Below are positions 30,989 through 41,932 of a stretch of 64,000 bases of DNA, in pieces; the stretch's first letter is position 1, and each line of letters opens with the position of its first letter. The notes under the pieces are model-generated. The model saw nothing but the letters and a program-made list of their open reading frames with translations, had not been told where the DNA came from and did no database searches. The DNA lies in the NCBI GenBank assembly GCA_963709585.1, contig CAVPXI010000004.1:300918-364917 (forward strand), read 5' to 3'. The stretch comes from Candidatus Dormiibacterota bacterium. Its GTDB lineage: Bacteria; Chloroflexota; Dormibacteria; Aeolococcales; Aeolococcaceae. Position numbers and translations under genes: made by a program.

Positions 30989-32357
30989 ATGGCAACCGAC
31001 CTGCAGCGCGCCGCGCCTCGCCTTCACTACGTGTGCTCCGCCTGCGGGGCCGAGGCGCCGAAGTGGCAGGGGCGGTGCCCCTCGTGCGAGGCCTGGAACA
31101 GCCTGAGCGAAGACGTGGTGCGCTTGACCAGGCGAGGGCCGGCGGCGCTCACGGCCGCCGCAACCACCACGCCCATGGATGCCGTGATGGCGGCACCCGC
31201 GCACATCCAGCCCACCGGATCGTTCGAAGTCGACCGCGTCCTCGGAGGGGGGATCGTCCCCGGCAGCGTCGTGCTGCTCGGTGGTGACCCTGGCATCGGG
31301 AAGTCGACCATCGCGCTGCAGATGTCGCACAGCTGCGGTGCCGAGGTCTCGCCAGCGCTGTACTGCACCGGCGAGGAGTTGCTTGAGCAGCTTGCCCTGC
31401 GAGCTCGGCGGCTTGGATGTACCGGTGCCAGGGTTCGCCTGCTCGTCGAATCCGACGTCGACACCGTGGTCGCGACCATCGAGGCGGAGCATCCGTCGCT
31501 GGTCGTGGTCGAACTCAGTGCAGACCCTTCGGGACGCCGCGACCCCCGGCCCGCCCGGCAGCGTTTCGCAGGTCCGAGCCGCGGTCCTGCGCATGAGCGA
31601 GGTCGCCAAGACGACTGGCGTCCCCGTGCTCCTGGTCGGGCACGTCACCAAGGAGGGTGCGATCGCCGGGCCGCGCACCCTCGAGCACATGGTCGACGTC
31701 GTCCTGTATCTCGAGGGAGAACGGCTCGGCGAGCACCGCATGCTCCGGGGCATCAAGAACCGGTTCGGCGCGACCGGCGAGGTGGGGCTGCTCACCATGG
31801 AGCTCGACGGCATGCGCGACGTGGCCGCACCGAGCCGGGGCATGCTCGACGCCGCATCGCTCGGCGCCTCCGGCAGCGTCCTGACCATCACCTGCGACGG
31901 GCTCCGCCCGATGGCTGTCGAGGTGCAGGCACTGGCGGCGGCCTCGCCATTCGAGTTCCCCAGGCGAACGGCGTCCGGGTTCGAGCTCAACCGGCTGCAT
32001 CTCATGCTCGCGATCCTCGCCAAGCGCGCTGCGATTGCCGTTTCCAAGCTGGACGTCTTCGTCAACGTCGCCGGGGGCATACGCCTCGCCGACCCCGGCA
32101 CCGACCTCGGGGTGGCGCTCGCCATCGCCGGATCGACACGCGACCAGGCGGTGTCAGCTGACTGCGCGGTCATCGGAGAACTCGGGCTTGGCGGCGAGGT
32201 CCGCCGGGTCTCGCGGACCGAGGTGCGCCTGGCGGAGGCGGCGGCGGTCGGGATGGAGGCGGTGATCCTGCCCGAGAGCTATCGCGGGGGAGTCCCCGGC
32301 AGCCTTCGCTGCCATCGGGTCGCCACCTTGATCGAGGCGGTTGCACTACTCGGGTGA
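30989..32357 (+). CDS. radA: DNA repair protein RadA/Sms, frameshift near 31510
   Basis: CSACG..CPSC, GDPGIGKST, GHVTKEG, KNRFG. Confidence 0.95.
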
Positions 32358-32410
32358 CCGTCGTGTCGCGCCGCCTGCCGGCGCGAAGGTCGTGTGGTTC
32401 AATCGCTGAG

Positions 32411-33574
32411 ATGCACACGCACGCCGATCGGACCATTCGACGGGCGCGGAACGTCTCGCGGATCATCGGCGCCGGCGTCGGTTTCGTCTTCGGCGTGCTC
32501 TACGGCGTGTTCATCCTCTCGGGGACCCCAGGCGTGCTCACCCAGAACACGACGATCGCGGGAGCGGCGCTGCTCGCCGCCGGCGCAGCCGGAGCCGCAT
32601 CACTGGCACTCGCGGCGCCGCTGCTCACCGTCGAACCGTATCTCTGGCTCGAGCGCAACCTCGAAGAGGCCCCGGCGGCCCAGGTCGTCGGCGCCGTGAT
32701 CGGCCTGATCGCCGCATTGCTGATCGCGACGATGGTCGCGATCCTCCTCAAGCCGCTCCCGTACGGCGCCGGCGTCCTGCTGTCCCTCGGGCTCGCGGCC
32801 GTCCTCGTCTACGTCGGTGTGCGCACCGGCAGCCGGCGGCGGGACGCCCTCGGGGTCGTCTTCGGCCGGGGTGCGGCCGCGGCCGGCGTGAATATCGACG
32901 ACGGAGGCCCGGGGCCACTCGACGGCCAGCCGGTGATCGTCGACACAAGTGTGCTCATCGACGGCCGTATCGTCGACGTCGCCGCCGCCGGCTTCGTCCC
33001 CGGACGCCTGCTCATCCCGGGTTTCGTCCTCGAGGAGCTGCAGCGCGTCGCCGATTCCGCCGATCCGTTCCGCCGCCAGAAGGGCCGTCGCGGGCTGGGC
33101 GTCGTCGACGCGCTCCAGAAGGCAGAGGACGTCGTCTGCGAGCTGGTCGATCTCGACTTTCCGGGCACCCCCGACGTCGACGCCCGCCTCGTCAAGCTCG
33201 CCCGGGCCCGCAACGCCTCGTTGATGACCCAGGACTACAACCTCAACCGGCTGGCGCAGATCGAAGGCGTGCGCGTGCTCAACCTGAACGACCTCGCCAA
33301 TGCCGTCAAGCCGATCGTGGGCGCCGGCGAGAGCATGGCGATCACCATCATCAAGGAAGGGAAGGAGCCTCACCAGGGCGTCGGGTACTTCGAGGACGGC
33401 ACCATGGTGGTCGTGGAGAATGGGCGCAGCCACGTCGACGAGACGGTCACCGTCACCGTGACCACCGTGCTCCAGACCACCGCGGGCCGGATGATCTTCG
33501 CGACCCTCGCCGACGAGGAGTCGGTCAAGCCTCGCGTGCTCCGGCCGGTCCGCTCCAAGGTAGCGCAGCGCTGA
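32411..33574 (+). CDS. membrane PIN/TRAM-domain protein (YacL-like)
   Basis: TM region, VDTSVLIDGRI, GVGYFEDGTMVVVE, QTTAGRMIFA. Confidence 0.92.
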   Translation: MHTHADRTIRRARNVSRIIGAGVGFVFGVLYGVFILSGTPGVLTQNTTIAGAALLAAGAAGAASLALAAPLLTVEPYLWLERNLEEAPAAQVVGAVIGLIAALLIATMVAILLKPLPYGAGVLLSLGLAAVLVYVGVRTGSRRRDALGVVFGRGAAAAGVNIDDGGPGPLDGQPVIVDTSVLIDGRIVDVAAAGFVPGRLLIPGFVLEELQRVADSADPFRRQKGRRGLGVVDALQKAEDVVCELVDLDFPGTPDVDARLVKLARARNASLMTQDYNLNRLAQIEGVRVLNLNDLANAVKPIVGAGESMAITIIKEGKEPHQGVGYFEDGTMVVVENGRSHVDETVTVTVTTVLQTTAGRMIFATLADEESVKPRVLRPVRSKVAQR

Positions 33575-34242
33575 GCAGCGCACTGATCGTCCCCGCCTTC
33601 GGGCGCGGCGTACGGACGGGGGAGGACAAGCTCTGGGCCTTCGTCTCGGGGCGGCCGGTCCTCGCGATCTCGCTCGAATCGATCGCCGCCGCAGGGTGCT
33701 TCGACCTCATCGTGATCGCCGCCCCTACGTCGCGATGGGATGCGATCCGCACCATCGCCGCCGACCATCAGCTCGCCAATGTCGTGCTCGTCGAGGGTGG
33801 TGAGCGCCGCCAGGACAGCGTCGCCGCCGCGATCGCCCGGTGCGACGGCCAGGATTGGATCACCGTCCACGACGCTGCCCGTCCGCTCACTCCACCCGAG
33901 GTCTTCCGGGCTGTGCTCGAGGCCGCGCGCGCGGATGGAGCGGCGATCGCCGGGGTACCCTGCGTGGACACTGTGAAGCAGGTGCAGAACGGCCGGGTCG
34001 CGGCCACCCTCGACCGCTCCTCGATCATCGCGGCGCAGACGCCGCAGTCGTTCAGCGCCGACCTTCTGCGCCGCGCACATCAGAACGCCGCGACCCACCG
34101 CATCAGCGCCGGCGATGATGCCGCGCTGGTCGAGGCGATCGGCTCGCCGGTGACGGTGGTCCCGGGAGATGCCCGCAACTTCAAGGTTACGTTTCCACAG
34201 GACCTCGTCCTGCTCCGCTCACTGCTCGAGGAGAACCGATGA
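33571..34242 (+). CDS. ispD: 2-C-methyl-D-erythritol 4-phosphate cytidylyltransferase (apparent CTG start)
   Basis: GGERRQDSV, VHDAARP, QTPQ, NFKVT; N-terminal GxGxR motif lies upstream of first canonical start. Confidence 0.9.
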   Translation: MSSALIVPAFGRGVRTGEDKLWAFVSGRPVLAISLESIAAAGCFDLIVIAAPTSRWDAIRTIAADHQLANVVLVEGGERRQDSVAAAIARCDGQDWITVHDAARPLTPPEVFRAVLEAARADGAAIAGVPCVDTVKQVQNGRVAATLDRSSIIAAQTPQSFSADLLRRAHQNAATHRISAGDDAALVEAIGSPVTVVPGDARNFKVTFPQDLVLLRSLLEENR

Positions 34243-34718
34243 CCCCGAGGATCGGTCATGGCATCGACGCGCACCGGTTCATCCCGGGGCGGCCGCTGAT
34301 GCTCGGAGGCGTGCTGGTTCCCTACGGCCGCGGTCTGCTCGGTCACTCGGACGGCGACGCCGTGGTGCACGCGCTCGTCGACGCGATCCTCGGCGCATCC
34401 GGGCTCGGCGACATGGGCAGGCACTTTCCCTCCGGCGACCCCCGCTGGAAGGACACCTCGGGCTGCGAGTTCCTGAAAATCGTCGCCGAGAAGCTCCGCG
34501 AGGAAGGCTGGACGATCAGCAGCGCCCACGTCATCGCGATCGCCGAGGAGCCGCGGCTCGCCGCCCATCTCGGGCCGATGTCCGACGCGATGTCGATTGC
34601 GTTGGGTCTCGAGCCCGGGACGATCGCGGTCGGCGCCACGACCACCGACGGCATGGGCTTCTCCGGTCGGAGTGAAGGGATCGCCGCCTCGGCGACGGTG
34701 CTGCTGGAACGGCGGTGA
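34239..34718 (+). CDS. ispF: MECDP synthase
   Basis: GHGIDAH, GHSDGD, GDMGRHFP. Confidence 0.96.
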   Translation: MTPRIGHGIDAHRFIPGRPLMLGGVLVPYGRGLLGHSDGDAVVHALVDAILGASGLGDMGRHFPSGDPRWKDTSGCEFLKIVAEKLREEGWTISSAHVIAIAEEPRLAAHLGPMSDAMSIALGLEPGTIAVGATTTDGMGFSGRSEGIAASATVLLERR

Positions 34719-36155
34719 CCCTCCAGCTGCACGACACGATGAGTTGGGAGCTGGTCAGCGTGGAACCCATCGAGCCTGGCCATGTCCGGCTGTACACCTG
34801 CGGCCCCACGGTTTGGAACCGGGTCCACATCGGCAATTTCCGTACCTTCATCTTCGAGGACGTCCTGCGTCGCTGGCTCGACCGTCGCTTCGCGAAGGTA
34901 ACCCACGTGATGAACCTCACCGACGTCGACGACCGGATCATCAAGAACGCCGTCGCCAACGGCCATACCCTCGCCGAGGAGACCGCGCCGTGGATCACCG
35001 CGTTCGAGGAGGATCGCGACACGCTCGGTATCCGGCCGGCGCAGCACTATCCGCGCGCCACCGAGTACATCGCGCAGATGGTCGACCTGATCGAGCGTCT
35101 CGAACGAGCCGGCGCGGCCTATCGGGCCGACGGCAGCTACTACTTTCACATCGCCGCGTTTCCCGCCTACGGGAAGCTGAGTGGCGCTCGCGCCGAGGGC
35201 CTGGTGTCCGGCGCAAGCGGCAGGATCGATGCCGACGACTACACCAAGGAGGACGTCCGAGACTTCGCGCTCTGGAAGGCGGTCGGACCCGACGACATCG
35301 GCTGGGATACACGCATCGGGAGGGGCCACCCGGGCTGGCACATCGAGTGCTCCGCGATGAGCATGGCACTGCTCGGCGAGAGCTTCGACATCCATTGCGG
35401 CGGCATCGACAACATCTTCCCGCACCACGAGAACGAGATCGCCCAGTCCGAGGCGGCGACCGGCAAGCGCTTCGTGCGCATCTGGTGCCACAGCCAGCAC
35501 CTGCGGGTGAGTGGCGAGAAGATGGCCAAACGGCTCGGCAACTTCGCCACCGTACGCGAGGTGCTCGATGAGGGCGCGAGTGCCGCGGCACTGCGCTACC
35601 TGCTCGCGGCGCGCACCCACTACCGCAAGCAGCTCGACTACTCGGACGAGCTGCTTGCCGACAGCAACGTGGCGGTCCAGCGGCTCGTGGACTTCCAGGC
35701 GCGCGTTGCCGGCCTGCGAACCGTCGAGGCCGAGGACACGACACGCGACGAAACCGTCCTCGCCTCGGTGCGCGGGATGCGGATCGGTTTCGACGAGGCG
35801 ATGGACGACGACCTCAACCTCCCCGAAGCGATGGGCATCGTCTTCTCCGGATTGCGCGATGTCAATCGCGTGCTCGACACCGGATCCGTCGGCGCCGAGA
35901 CGCAGCGCACCCTGCAGCATCTGCTCGAGGAGATCGACGGCGTGCTCGGCGTGCTCACGCTGGACGCGCGTGATCGCCAGGCGGCGCCGGACGCGGAGGA
36001 GCAGCGATGGCTCGACGAGCGCGCTGCCGCGCGAGCGGCTCGTGACTTCGCGCAATCCGACCATCTCCGCGTGCAGCTCGCGAGTTCGCGGGATCGAGGT
36101 GGAGGACACGCCCCAGGGTCAGCGCTGGAAGCGGACGTCGCCGCACCGCGGCTGA
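34715..36155 (+). CDS. cysS: cysteinyl-tRNA synthetase, frameshift near 36085
   Basis: CGPTV, HIGN, PGWHIECS, FPHHENE, KMAK. Confidence 0.96.
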
Positions 36156-36159
36156 GCGT

Positions 36160-36894
36160 TTGGACATCCTCTACGGGCGCAACCCGGTGCTCGAAGCGCT
36201 GCGCGCGGGTCGACCGGCGCGCAAGATCGTGGTCGCGAGCGCGATCCGGCCCGAGGCACGCCTCGCCGAGATTCTCGAGCACGCTGAAGCACGGGACATC
36301 CTCGTGGAGGAGGTGTCGCGCCAGCGACTCGATGACATCGCCCACACCGAGCATCACCAGGGCGTCGCCGGATACTTCCATGCGCGCGCGGCGCTCACGC
36401 TCCACGACGTGCTCGACCGGGCGCGCGCGCCGGCGCTGCTGGTTGTGCTCGACGGCATCCAGGATCCGCAGAACGTCGGCGCCATCGCGCGCAGCGCTGA
36501 AGCGTGTGGCGCGGATGGGATCGTGGTGCCGCGCCACCACGCCGCACCGCTCACCGCCGCGGCCGTCAAGGCGTCCGCCGGGGCGACCGAGCACCTGCCG
36601 CTGGTGACCGTGCCCAACCTCGCCCAGGCACTTGAGGTCATCGGCACCGCCGGGATCTGGCGCGTCGGTCTCGATGCTGACGCGCGGGATCGATACGACA
36701 CGGTCGATCTCTCATCGCCGGTCGCGATCGTGGTCGGCGCCGAGGGCGCGGGGATGCGCCGCCTGACCCGCGAGCACTGCGACCTCCTCGTGTCGATTCC
36801 GATGATGGGGCACGTCGCGTCCCTCAACGCCGGTGCGGCCGCAGCCGTCCTGCTCTTCGAGGTGCAACGCCAGCGCGGATTCGCGCCGCGTTGA
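36160..36894 (+). CDS. rlmB: 23S rRNA Gm2251 methyltransferase
   Basis: YGRNPV, DPQNVGAIARSA, GAEG, IPMMG..SLN. Confidence 0.93.
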   Translation: MDILYGRNPVLEALRAGRPARKIVVASAIRPEARLAEILEHAEARDILVEEVSRQRLDDIAHTEHHQGVAGYFHARAALTLHDVLDRARAPALLVVLDGIQDPQNVGAIARSAEACGADGIVVPRHHAAPLTAAAVKASAGATEHLPLVTVPNLAQALEVIGTAGIWRVGLDADARDRYDTVDLSSPVAIVVGAEGAGMRRLTREHCDLLVSIPMMGHVASLNAGAAAAVLLFEVQRQRGFAPR

Positions 36895-36910
36895 GAGGAG
36901 CGCCCCACCG

Positions 36911-37444
36911 TTGCACACGCTGATCGTCGACGGCTACAACATCATCCATGCGTGGCCCGCGCTGCACGCGACGCTGCGCGAGCGGGGCCTCGAGGATGCG
37001 CGCCGCCAGCTGGTCAGCCAGCTTGCGGAGTACGCCGCCCAGACCGGGGTCGCGGTCACGGTCGTCTTCGACGCGCACGCGCGTCCGGGCGCCATCCCGT
37101 CCACCGAGACGTTCGCCGGCGTCACGGTGCTCTTCGGGTCCAAGCGCGCGACCGCAGACCATGTCATCGAGCGCGTGGCGTACAGGGCATCGCAGCGTGG
37201 CGAGGGCGCGGATGTGGTGGTCGCGACCGACGATCGCCTCGAACGCGACGTCGTCGGCGCGATGGGGGTCGCGACCATGGGCGCGCGTGCTCTCGAGGCC
37301 GAGGTTGGCCGGATCGCAGGCAGCCTCAACGCCGAGACCAGGCGGATGCGCGACGACAGCCGACGGAGCACGCGCGTCGAGGATGGTCTCGACCCGGAGA
37401 TCAGGCGCCGGCTCGAACGCATCCGTCGCGGCGAGGATCGATAG
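36911..37444 (+). CDS. NYN-domain ribonuclease (YacP/Rae1-like)
   Basis: LIVDGYNII, VVFDA, TADHVIE, VATDD; conserved position after rlmB. Confidence 0.88.
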   Translation: MHTLIVDGYNIIHAWPALHATLRERGLEDARRQLVSQLAEYAAQTGVAVTVVFDAHARPGAIPSTETFAGVTVLFGSKRATADHVIERVAYRASQRGEGADVVVATDDRLERDVVGAMGVATMGARALEAEVGRIAGSLNAETRRMRDDSRRSTRVEDGLDPEIRRRLERIRRGEDR

Positions 37445-37484
37445 GCGCGGGCTCCGATCAGGGGTTCGGTACGCTTACGGCACC

Positions 37485-38741
37485 ATGGCTGATTCCGCAC
37501 CCCGCCGGGTCGTCGTCACCGGCATGGGCGCGGTGTCGCCGGTCGGCATGGGCGCGCCCCAGAGCTGGGAATCGCTTCGCACCGGCCGCAGCGGCATCGC
37601 CCCGATCACGCACTTCGACGCCTCGCGCCTTCCGGTACGAATCGCCGGCGAGGTCAAAGGCTTCGACGCGGCCGCGATCTTCGGGACCAAGGAGGCTCGC
37701 CGGGGAACGGCGCACGTGCATTTCGCCATGGCCGCGGCCCGCGAGGCGGTGGGCGACTCCGGTCTCGATGTCGCCGCAGAGTCGACGGATGTCGGTGTCC
37801 TGATCGCATCGGGCATCGGAGGCCTCGAGGTCATCGAGAACACCACGCGCATCCTCGACGCCCAGGGTGCGCGCCGGGTCTCACCGTTCGCCGCGGCGAT
37901 GGCGCTCGTCGACATGGCGCCGGGCATGGTCTCGATTGATCTCGGCGCGCGCGGACCGAACATGGCGGTGGTCAGCGCCTGCGCTTCGGGGGCCGACGCG
38001 ATCGGCCAGGGCGCCAACTGGATCCGGCAGGGCGACGCCGTGGCCGTGCTCGCGGGCGGCACCGAGGCCGGGATAACGTCGACGGGGATCGCGATGTTCG
38101 CGGCCGCGCGCGCTCTCTCGACGCGGAACGACGACCCTGAGCATGCTTCGCGGCCATTCGAGCGTGATCGCGACGGCTTCGTCGCCGCGGAGGGATCGGC
38201 GGTGCTCGTGCTCGAGGAACGTGAGCACGCGCTCGCGCGGGGCGCGACCATTCACGGCGAGCTGCTCGGCTATGCGGCGGCGGCGGACGCGTACCACATC
38301 ACCGCGCCGGAACCGAGCGGCGACGGTGCCATCCGCTGCGTGCGGCGCGCTCTCGAGCGCGCCGGGGTGCGACCGGAGGACATCGAGTACATCAACGCGC
38401 ACGGCACCGGGACGCCACTCAACGATCTCGCCGAGACGCGGGCGATCAAGGAGGTGTTCGGTGAATCCGCCTACTCTGTCCCGATCTCGTCGACCAAGTC
38501 GATGACCGGGCACATGCTCGGCGCCGCGGGGGCGTTCGAGGCGATGGTGACCATTCTCGCGATACGCGACGGGTTCCTCCCCCCGACCGTGAACCTCGAG
38601 AATCCCGACCCGGAGTGCGATCTCGATTACGTGCCCAACGTCGGCCGCGCGGTGAGCGCGCGACTGGCGATGACCACGTCGTTCGGGTTCGGCGGCCACA
38701 ACGCCTGCCTGGTGTTCACGGGAGGCCCGAACCCGGGCTGA
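37485..38741 (+). CDS. fabF: beta-ketoacyl-ACP synthase II
   Basis: RVVVTGMG, SACASG, INAHGTGT, KSMTGH, SFGFGGHN. Confidence 0.95.
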   Translation: MADSAPRRVVVTGMGAVSPVGMGAPQSWESLRTGRSGIAPITHFDASRLPVRIAGEVKGFDAAAIFGTKEARRGTAHVHFAMAAAREAVGDSGLDVAAESTDVGVLIASGIGGLEVIENTTRILDAQGARRVSPFAAAMALVDMAPGMVSIDLGARGPNMAVVSACASGADAIGQGANWIRQGDAVAVLAGGTEAGITSTGIAMFAAARALSTRNDDPEHASRPFERDRDGFVAAEGSAVLVLEEREHALARGATIHGELLGYAAAADAYHITAPEPSGDGAIRCVRRALERAGVRPEDIEYINAHGTGTPLNDLAETRAIKEVFGESAYSVPISSTKSMTGHMLGAAGAFEAMVTILAIRDGFLPPTVNLENPDPECDLDYVPNVGRAVSARLAMTTSFGFGGHNACLVFTGGPNPG

Positions 38742-38785
38742 TTGACTGCCGGGCAGTCGCGCGAGGGTCCTCCTGGCGTTGGACG

Positions 38786-39506
38786 TCAGGCGGCGGCCGT
38801 CACCACCCGATCGAGCGCCGCCTTGATGATCCCGTAGCACTCGCAGGCGACCGAACTCGAGACCCTCCCGATCGACGATGGTCACCCGGCCTCGGTGATA
38901 GCGGATGAGCCCGGCCGACTGCAGCAATCCCGCGGACAGGGTCACGGTGGCGCGTCGCGAGCCGAGCATCTGCCCGAGGAACTCGTGCGTGATCGGGAAC
39001 GTGTCAGTGCCGACGCGGTCGTGGCTCATCAGCAGCCAGCGGCTCAGACGCTCCTCGTTCGAATGCAGCCGGTTGCACGCGGCCGCCTGCGAGATCTGCC
39101 CGAAGAGGGCCTGGACGTACTTCTGCACCAGCCCGCGGAATCCGGGCAGGCCCTCGAGGCCCTTGATGAACTCACCGGCATCGATACGCAACGTGCGCCC
39201 GCCGACCTGGGAGATCGCGCGCACGGCGAGGGATCCACCCGGAACCAGTGGCACCCCGACGATGCCCTCGTTGCCGATGGTCGCCACCTCGACGATGTTG
39301 CCGTCGGCGAGCGGCGTGACCAGCGAGATCACGCCGTCGATGGGGAAGTGGACGAAGGGGATGGGCTGGCCAGGGTCGAAAAGCACCGTCTTCACCGTGA
39401 GGTGCGCGGGACGAAGATGCTCCATCAGCGCTTTCCGCTCCACGTCTGGTAGCGCATCGAGGAGGTGGTTGGCCGCTGGCGCCGCCAGGACGCTTCCCTT
39501 TGCCAT
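38786..39506 (-). CDS. Crp/Fnr-family regulator, frameshift near 38855
   Basis: IGNEG, ERLSRWLL, THEFLGQMLGSRR; ACECY in shifted frame. Confidence 0.88.
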
Positions 39507-39583
39507 AAGACCCTTTGTGAGGTTACCTCAGCGCCCCCATTGTGGCAACTTCAGCGAGCCCCCATGGGAGAATCGGTGGCCCA

Positions 39584-39655
39584 GCCGATGTAGCTCAGGG
39601 GTAGAGCAACCGCCTTGTAAGCGGTTGGTCGGGAGTTCGAATCTCCCCATCGGCT
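39584..39655 (+). tRNA. tRNA-Thr(TGT)
   Basis: GCCGATG acceptor, CT-TGT-AA loop, GTTCGAATC. Confidence 0.95.
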
Positions 39656-39710
39656 CCGAGGGGAGCGATCCCATCGGGCTTGTCATCAGACCCACGGTGT
39701 TGGAGGTGCC

Positions 39711-40379
39711 ATGGACGCCGACTTCGTCAACCAGGTGATCGATGTCGCTCAGCGTGTGGTGGCCAGCGGGGCTATCTCGGCCAATGGACATGGCAACGTC
39801 AGCATCCGGGTACAGGGCGGCGACGAGATGTACTTCACGGCCGGCCCGTCGCTGCGGAATCATGCAGCGTCGGCGGTGGTGCGAATCGGCCTCGACGGCA
39901 CGCTGCGCGAGGGTGAGTTGCCGCCGATCCAGGGAGCCGTGGTTGCGATGCACACCGCGATGTATGCGGACAGCCCCGATGTCGGGTGTGTCCTGCACAC
40001 GCACTCTCCGTTCGCCACCGCATTCGCGGCGGCACATCGCCCCATCGGGTGTTGGATCGAAGCGCTGGCGATGTTCGGTCTCCCGAACGGCGTGCCCGTG
40101 GCCGGCTACGGCCCGCGCGGGTCCGACCAGGCGGTGGCCAACATCCGGGCCGCGGTCACCCCTGGAGTGCCCGCGGTGCTGCTCGCCAATCACGGCGTGC
40201 TCGTGTTCCACCGCACCCCCGACCTTGCCATCCTCGTCGGCGGCGTCGTCGAGGAAGCTGCTCAGGCAGGGATCAGGGCCGGCGGCATCGGTGAGCCGGT
40301 GGAGATCCCTGAAGAGCTTCGTGCCGCAGCGCTGCAGCGAGCGATGGCGTTTGTGGCGAAGGGCACCGCCCGCGCATAA
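39711..40379 (+). CDS. class II aldolase/adducin family protein
   Basis: GNVS, HTHSPFA, LLANHG. Confidence 0.88.
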   Translation: MDADFVNQVIDVAQRVVASGAISANGHGNVSIRVQGGDEMYFTAGPSLRNHAASAVVRIGLDGTLREGELPPIQGAVVAMHTAMYADSPDVGCVLHTHSPFATAFAAAHRPIGCWIEALAMFGLPNGVPVAGYGPRGSDQAVANIRAAVTPGVPAVLLANHGVLVFHRTPDLAILVGGVVEEAAQAGIRAGGIGEPVEIPEELRAAALQRAMAFVAKGTARA

Positions 40380-40416
40380 CTGAGTTCATACCGCGGCTGC
40401 AACCTCACCCTCGCGA

Positions 40417-40725
40417 TCAGCTGAACGCGTCTGTGGGTTCCCACCGGTAGGTCACGTGAATGGACGGCACGCGCCGGTTGATGGTTCGGCTGAGCTGACC
40501 AAAGCCACCGCCGGTGTTCGCCGGGTAGGTCGAACTGATATACGCGTCGTTGTCCGCCTCGGACTCGACGAGGTAGCCGAGGGCTTCGAGCCTCGCCGAG
40601 TCCCTGGCGAAGGCGTCCTTGTGCCAGTACGGCTTCTCGATCAGATCGGGAAGCTGCTTGCGGCGACGCAGCCGTCGCGCGTCCACCTGATTTGCGTAAT
40701 CCTCAAGCCAGCTCCCGATGCCCAC
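40417..40725 (-). CDS. hypothetical protein
   Basis: fills gap between genes, plausible composition. Confidence 0.55.
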   Translation of the reverse strand: MGIGSWLEDYANQVDARRLRRRKQLPDLIEKPYWHKDAFARDSARLEALGYLVESEADNDAYISSTYPANTGGGFGQLSRTINRRVPSIHVTYRWEPTDAFS

Positions 40726-40758
40726 GACACCCCAGATGCTAGTCGCTTTGCGCGACCG

Positions 40759-41607
40759 TCAGCGCGCCGACACCGCCTCGGGATCGGCGTCGTCGATGGT
40801 CCATCCGGTCGCGGCAAGGTCGGCGATCTTTCGTGCGAAACCATCCTCCTCGACGCTCGCGAGCACCTCGTTCGCCGCGCTCATCACCGCTGGATCGCCG
40901 TCGCCGACGGCGTAGCTCCGGCCCGTCGCTCGGAACATCGCCAGGTCGTTGGGCATGTCGCCGAAACTGATCGCGGCCGACGGCGCGAGACCCAGCTCGT
41001 GCAGTGCGCGACATGTCCCCGAACCCTTGTCGACCCCTGGCGCGGTCACGTCCAGGACTGTCGTGCGTCCCACGTGACTCAACGCCGCGGAATCCGCTTC
41101 CGCTGCAACGAGAGCGGCGATGCGACCGAGATCGCCATTGCCATGTCGCAGCGCCATCGTGCAACACGGTGTCTCGGCGATGACGGCGCTGTCCACAACG
41201 ACGCGGGTTGGGCCGTGCGGCTGAATCGGACTCAGGCGGAAATACTCCTCGGTCATCCGCCACACCGTCCCGTCAAAGCTCGCCACCCCTGCGTCCGCGG
41301 CGAGTGCGATGTCGACAACCCGACGGATCACGGGCGGCGTCATCACGTCCATCCATGCAAGCGTTTTCTCACGCGACGACCACCCGATCGCACCGGAGCA
41401 GCACACCGCCATGGCGGTTCGCTGCGCGAGCACCTGAAAGTGCTCGAGACCCTGAGGCGTTCGCGCGGTGGCAACCACGAACGCGATGCCGGCTGACCTG
41501 ATGAGATCGAGGGCCTCGAGCGTGGCCGGCGAGATCGAGAAGTCCGAGCGCACGACGGTCCCGTCGAGATCGGTCACGACAGCCTCGATTCTCACGACCA
41601 GCAGCAT
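40759..41607 (-). CDS. Cof-type HAD hydrolase
   Basis: DLDGT, ATAR, DKG, FGDMPND. Confidence 0.9.
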   Translation of the reverse strand: MLLVVRIEAVVTDLDGTVVRSDFSISPATLEALDLIRSAGIAFVVATARTPQGLEHFQVLAQRTAMAVCCSGAIGWSSREKTLAWMDVMTPPVIRRVVDIALAADAGVASFDGTVWRMTEEYFRLSPIQPHGPTRVVVDSAVIAETPCCTMALRHGNGDLGRIAALVAAEADSAALSHVGRTTVLDVTAPGVDKGSGTCRALHELGLAPSAAISFGDMPNDLAMFRATGRSYAVGDGDPAVMSAANEVLASVEEDGFARKIADLAATGWTIDDADPEAVSAR

Positions 41608-41669
41608 GATTGCTCAGGCCCATCCTGCCGGCGGTCGCGGCGGCGACGACCGCCGCGACCCACCCGGCG

Positions 41670-41879
41670 TCAGAGGAGGTCGAGCGCCGCGGAGGTGACG
41701 CGGAGGCGCGCCTGCGCACGAACCCGGGCGTCGATCACGTGAGCAGCACGGCCGGAGAGGAGCACGTCCTCCGAGGCGAGCCTGGCGGCGTCGGCCCCCC
41801 GTCGGCGGCGGGCGGCGTCATCCAGCAAATCGCGGCGTCGTTCGCGGGCGAGGTCCATCAGCGTGTTCGGATTCATCAT
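41670..41879 (-). CDS. small hypothetical protein divergent from WYL regulator
   Basis: ARERRRDLLDDAARRRR helix. Confidence 0.55.
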   Translation of the reverse strand: MMNPNTLMDLARERRRDLLDDAARRRRGADAARLASEDVLLSGRAAHVIDARVRAQARLRVTSAALDLL

Positions 41880-41901
41880 GGTCCGGATGCTACAAGGCAA
41901 T

Positions 41902-41926
41902 AAGGACAGTATCCGTCCTATATGAT
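41902..41926. promoter_or_regulatory. palindromic operator plus -10 box of WYL regulator
   Basis: AGGAC-N7-GTCCT followed by TATGAT 6 nt before ATG. Confidence 0.65.
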
Positions 41927-41932
41927 GCTGAA

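Noticed and set aside
39670-39682. CCCATCGG echo after tRNA-Thr(TGT) as an att remnant
   Set aside because: 8 bp only, no integrase nearby
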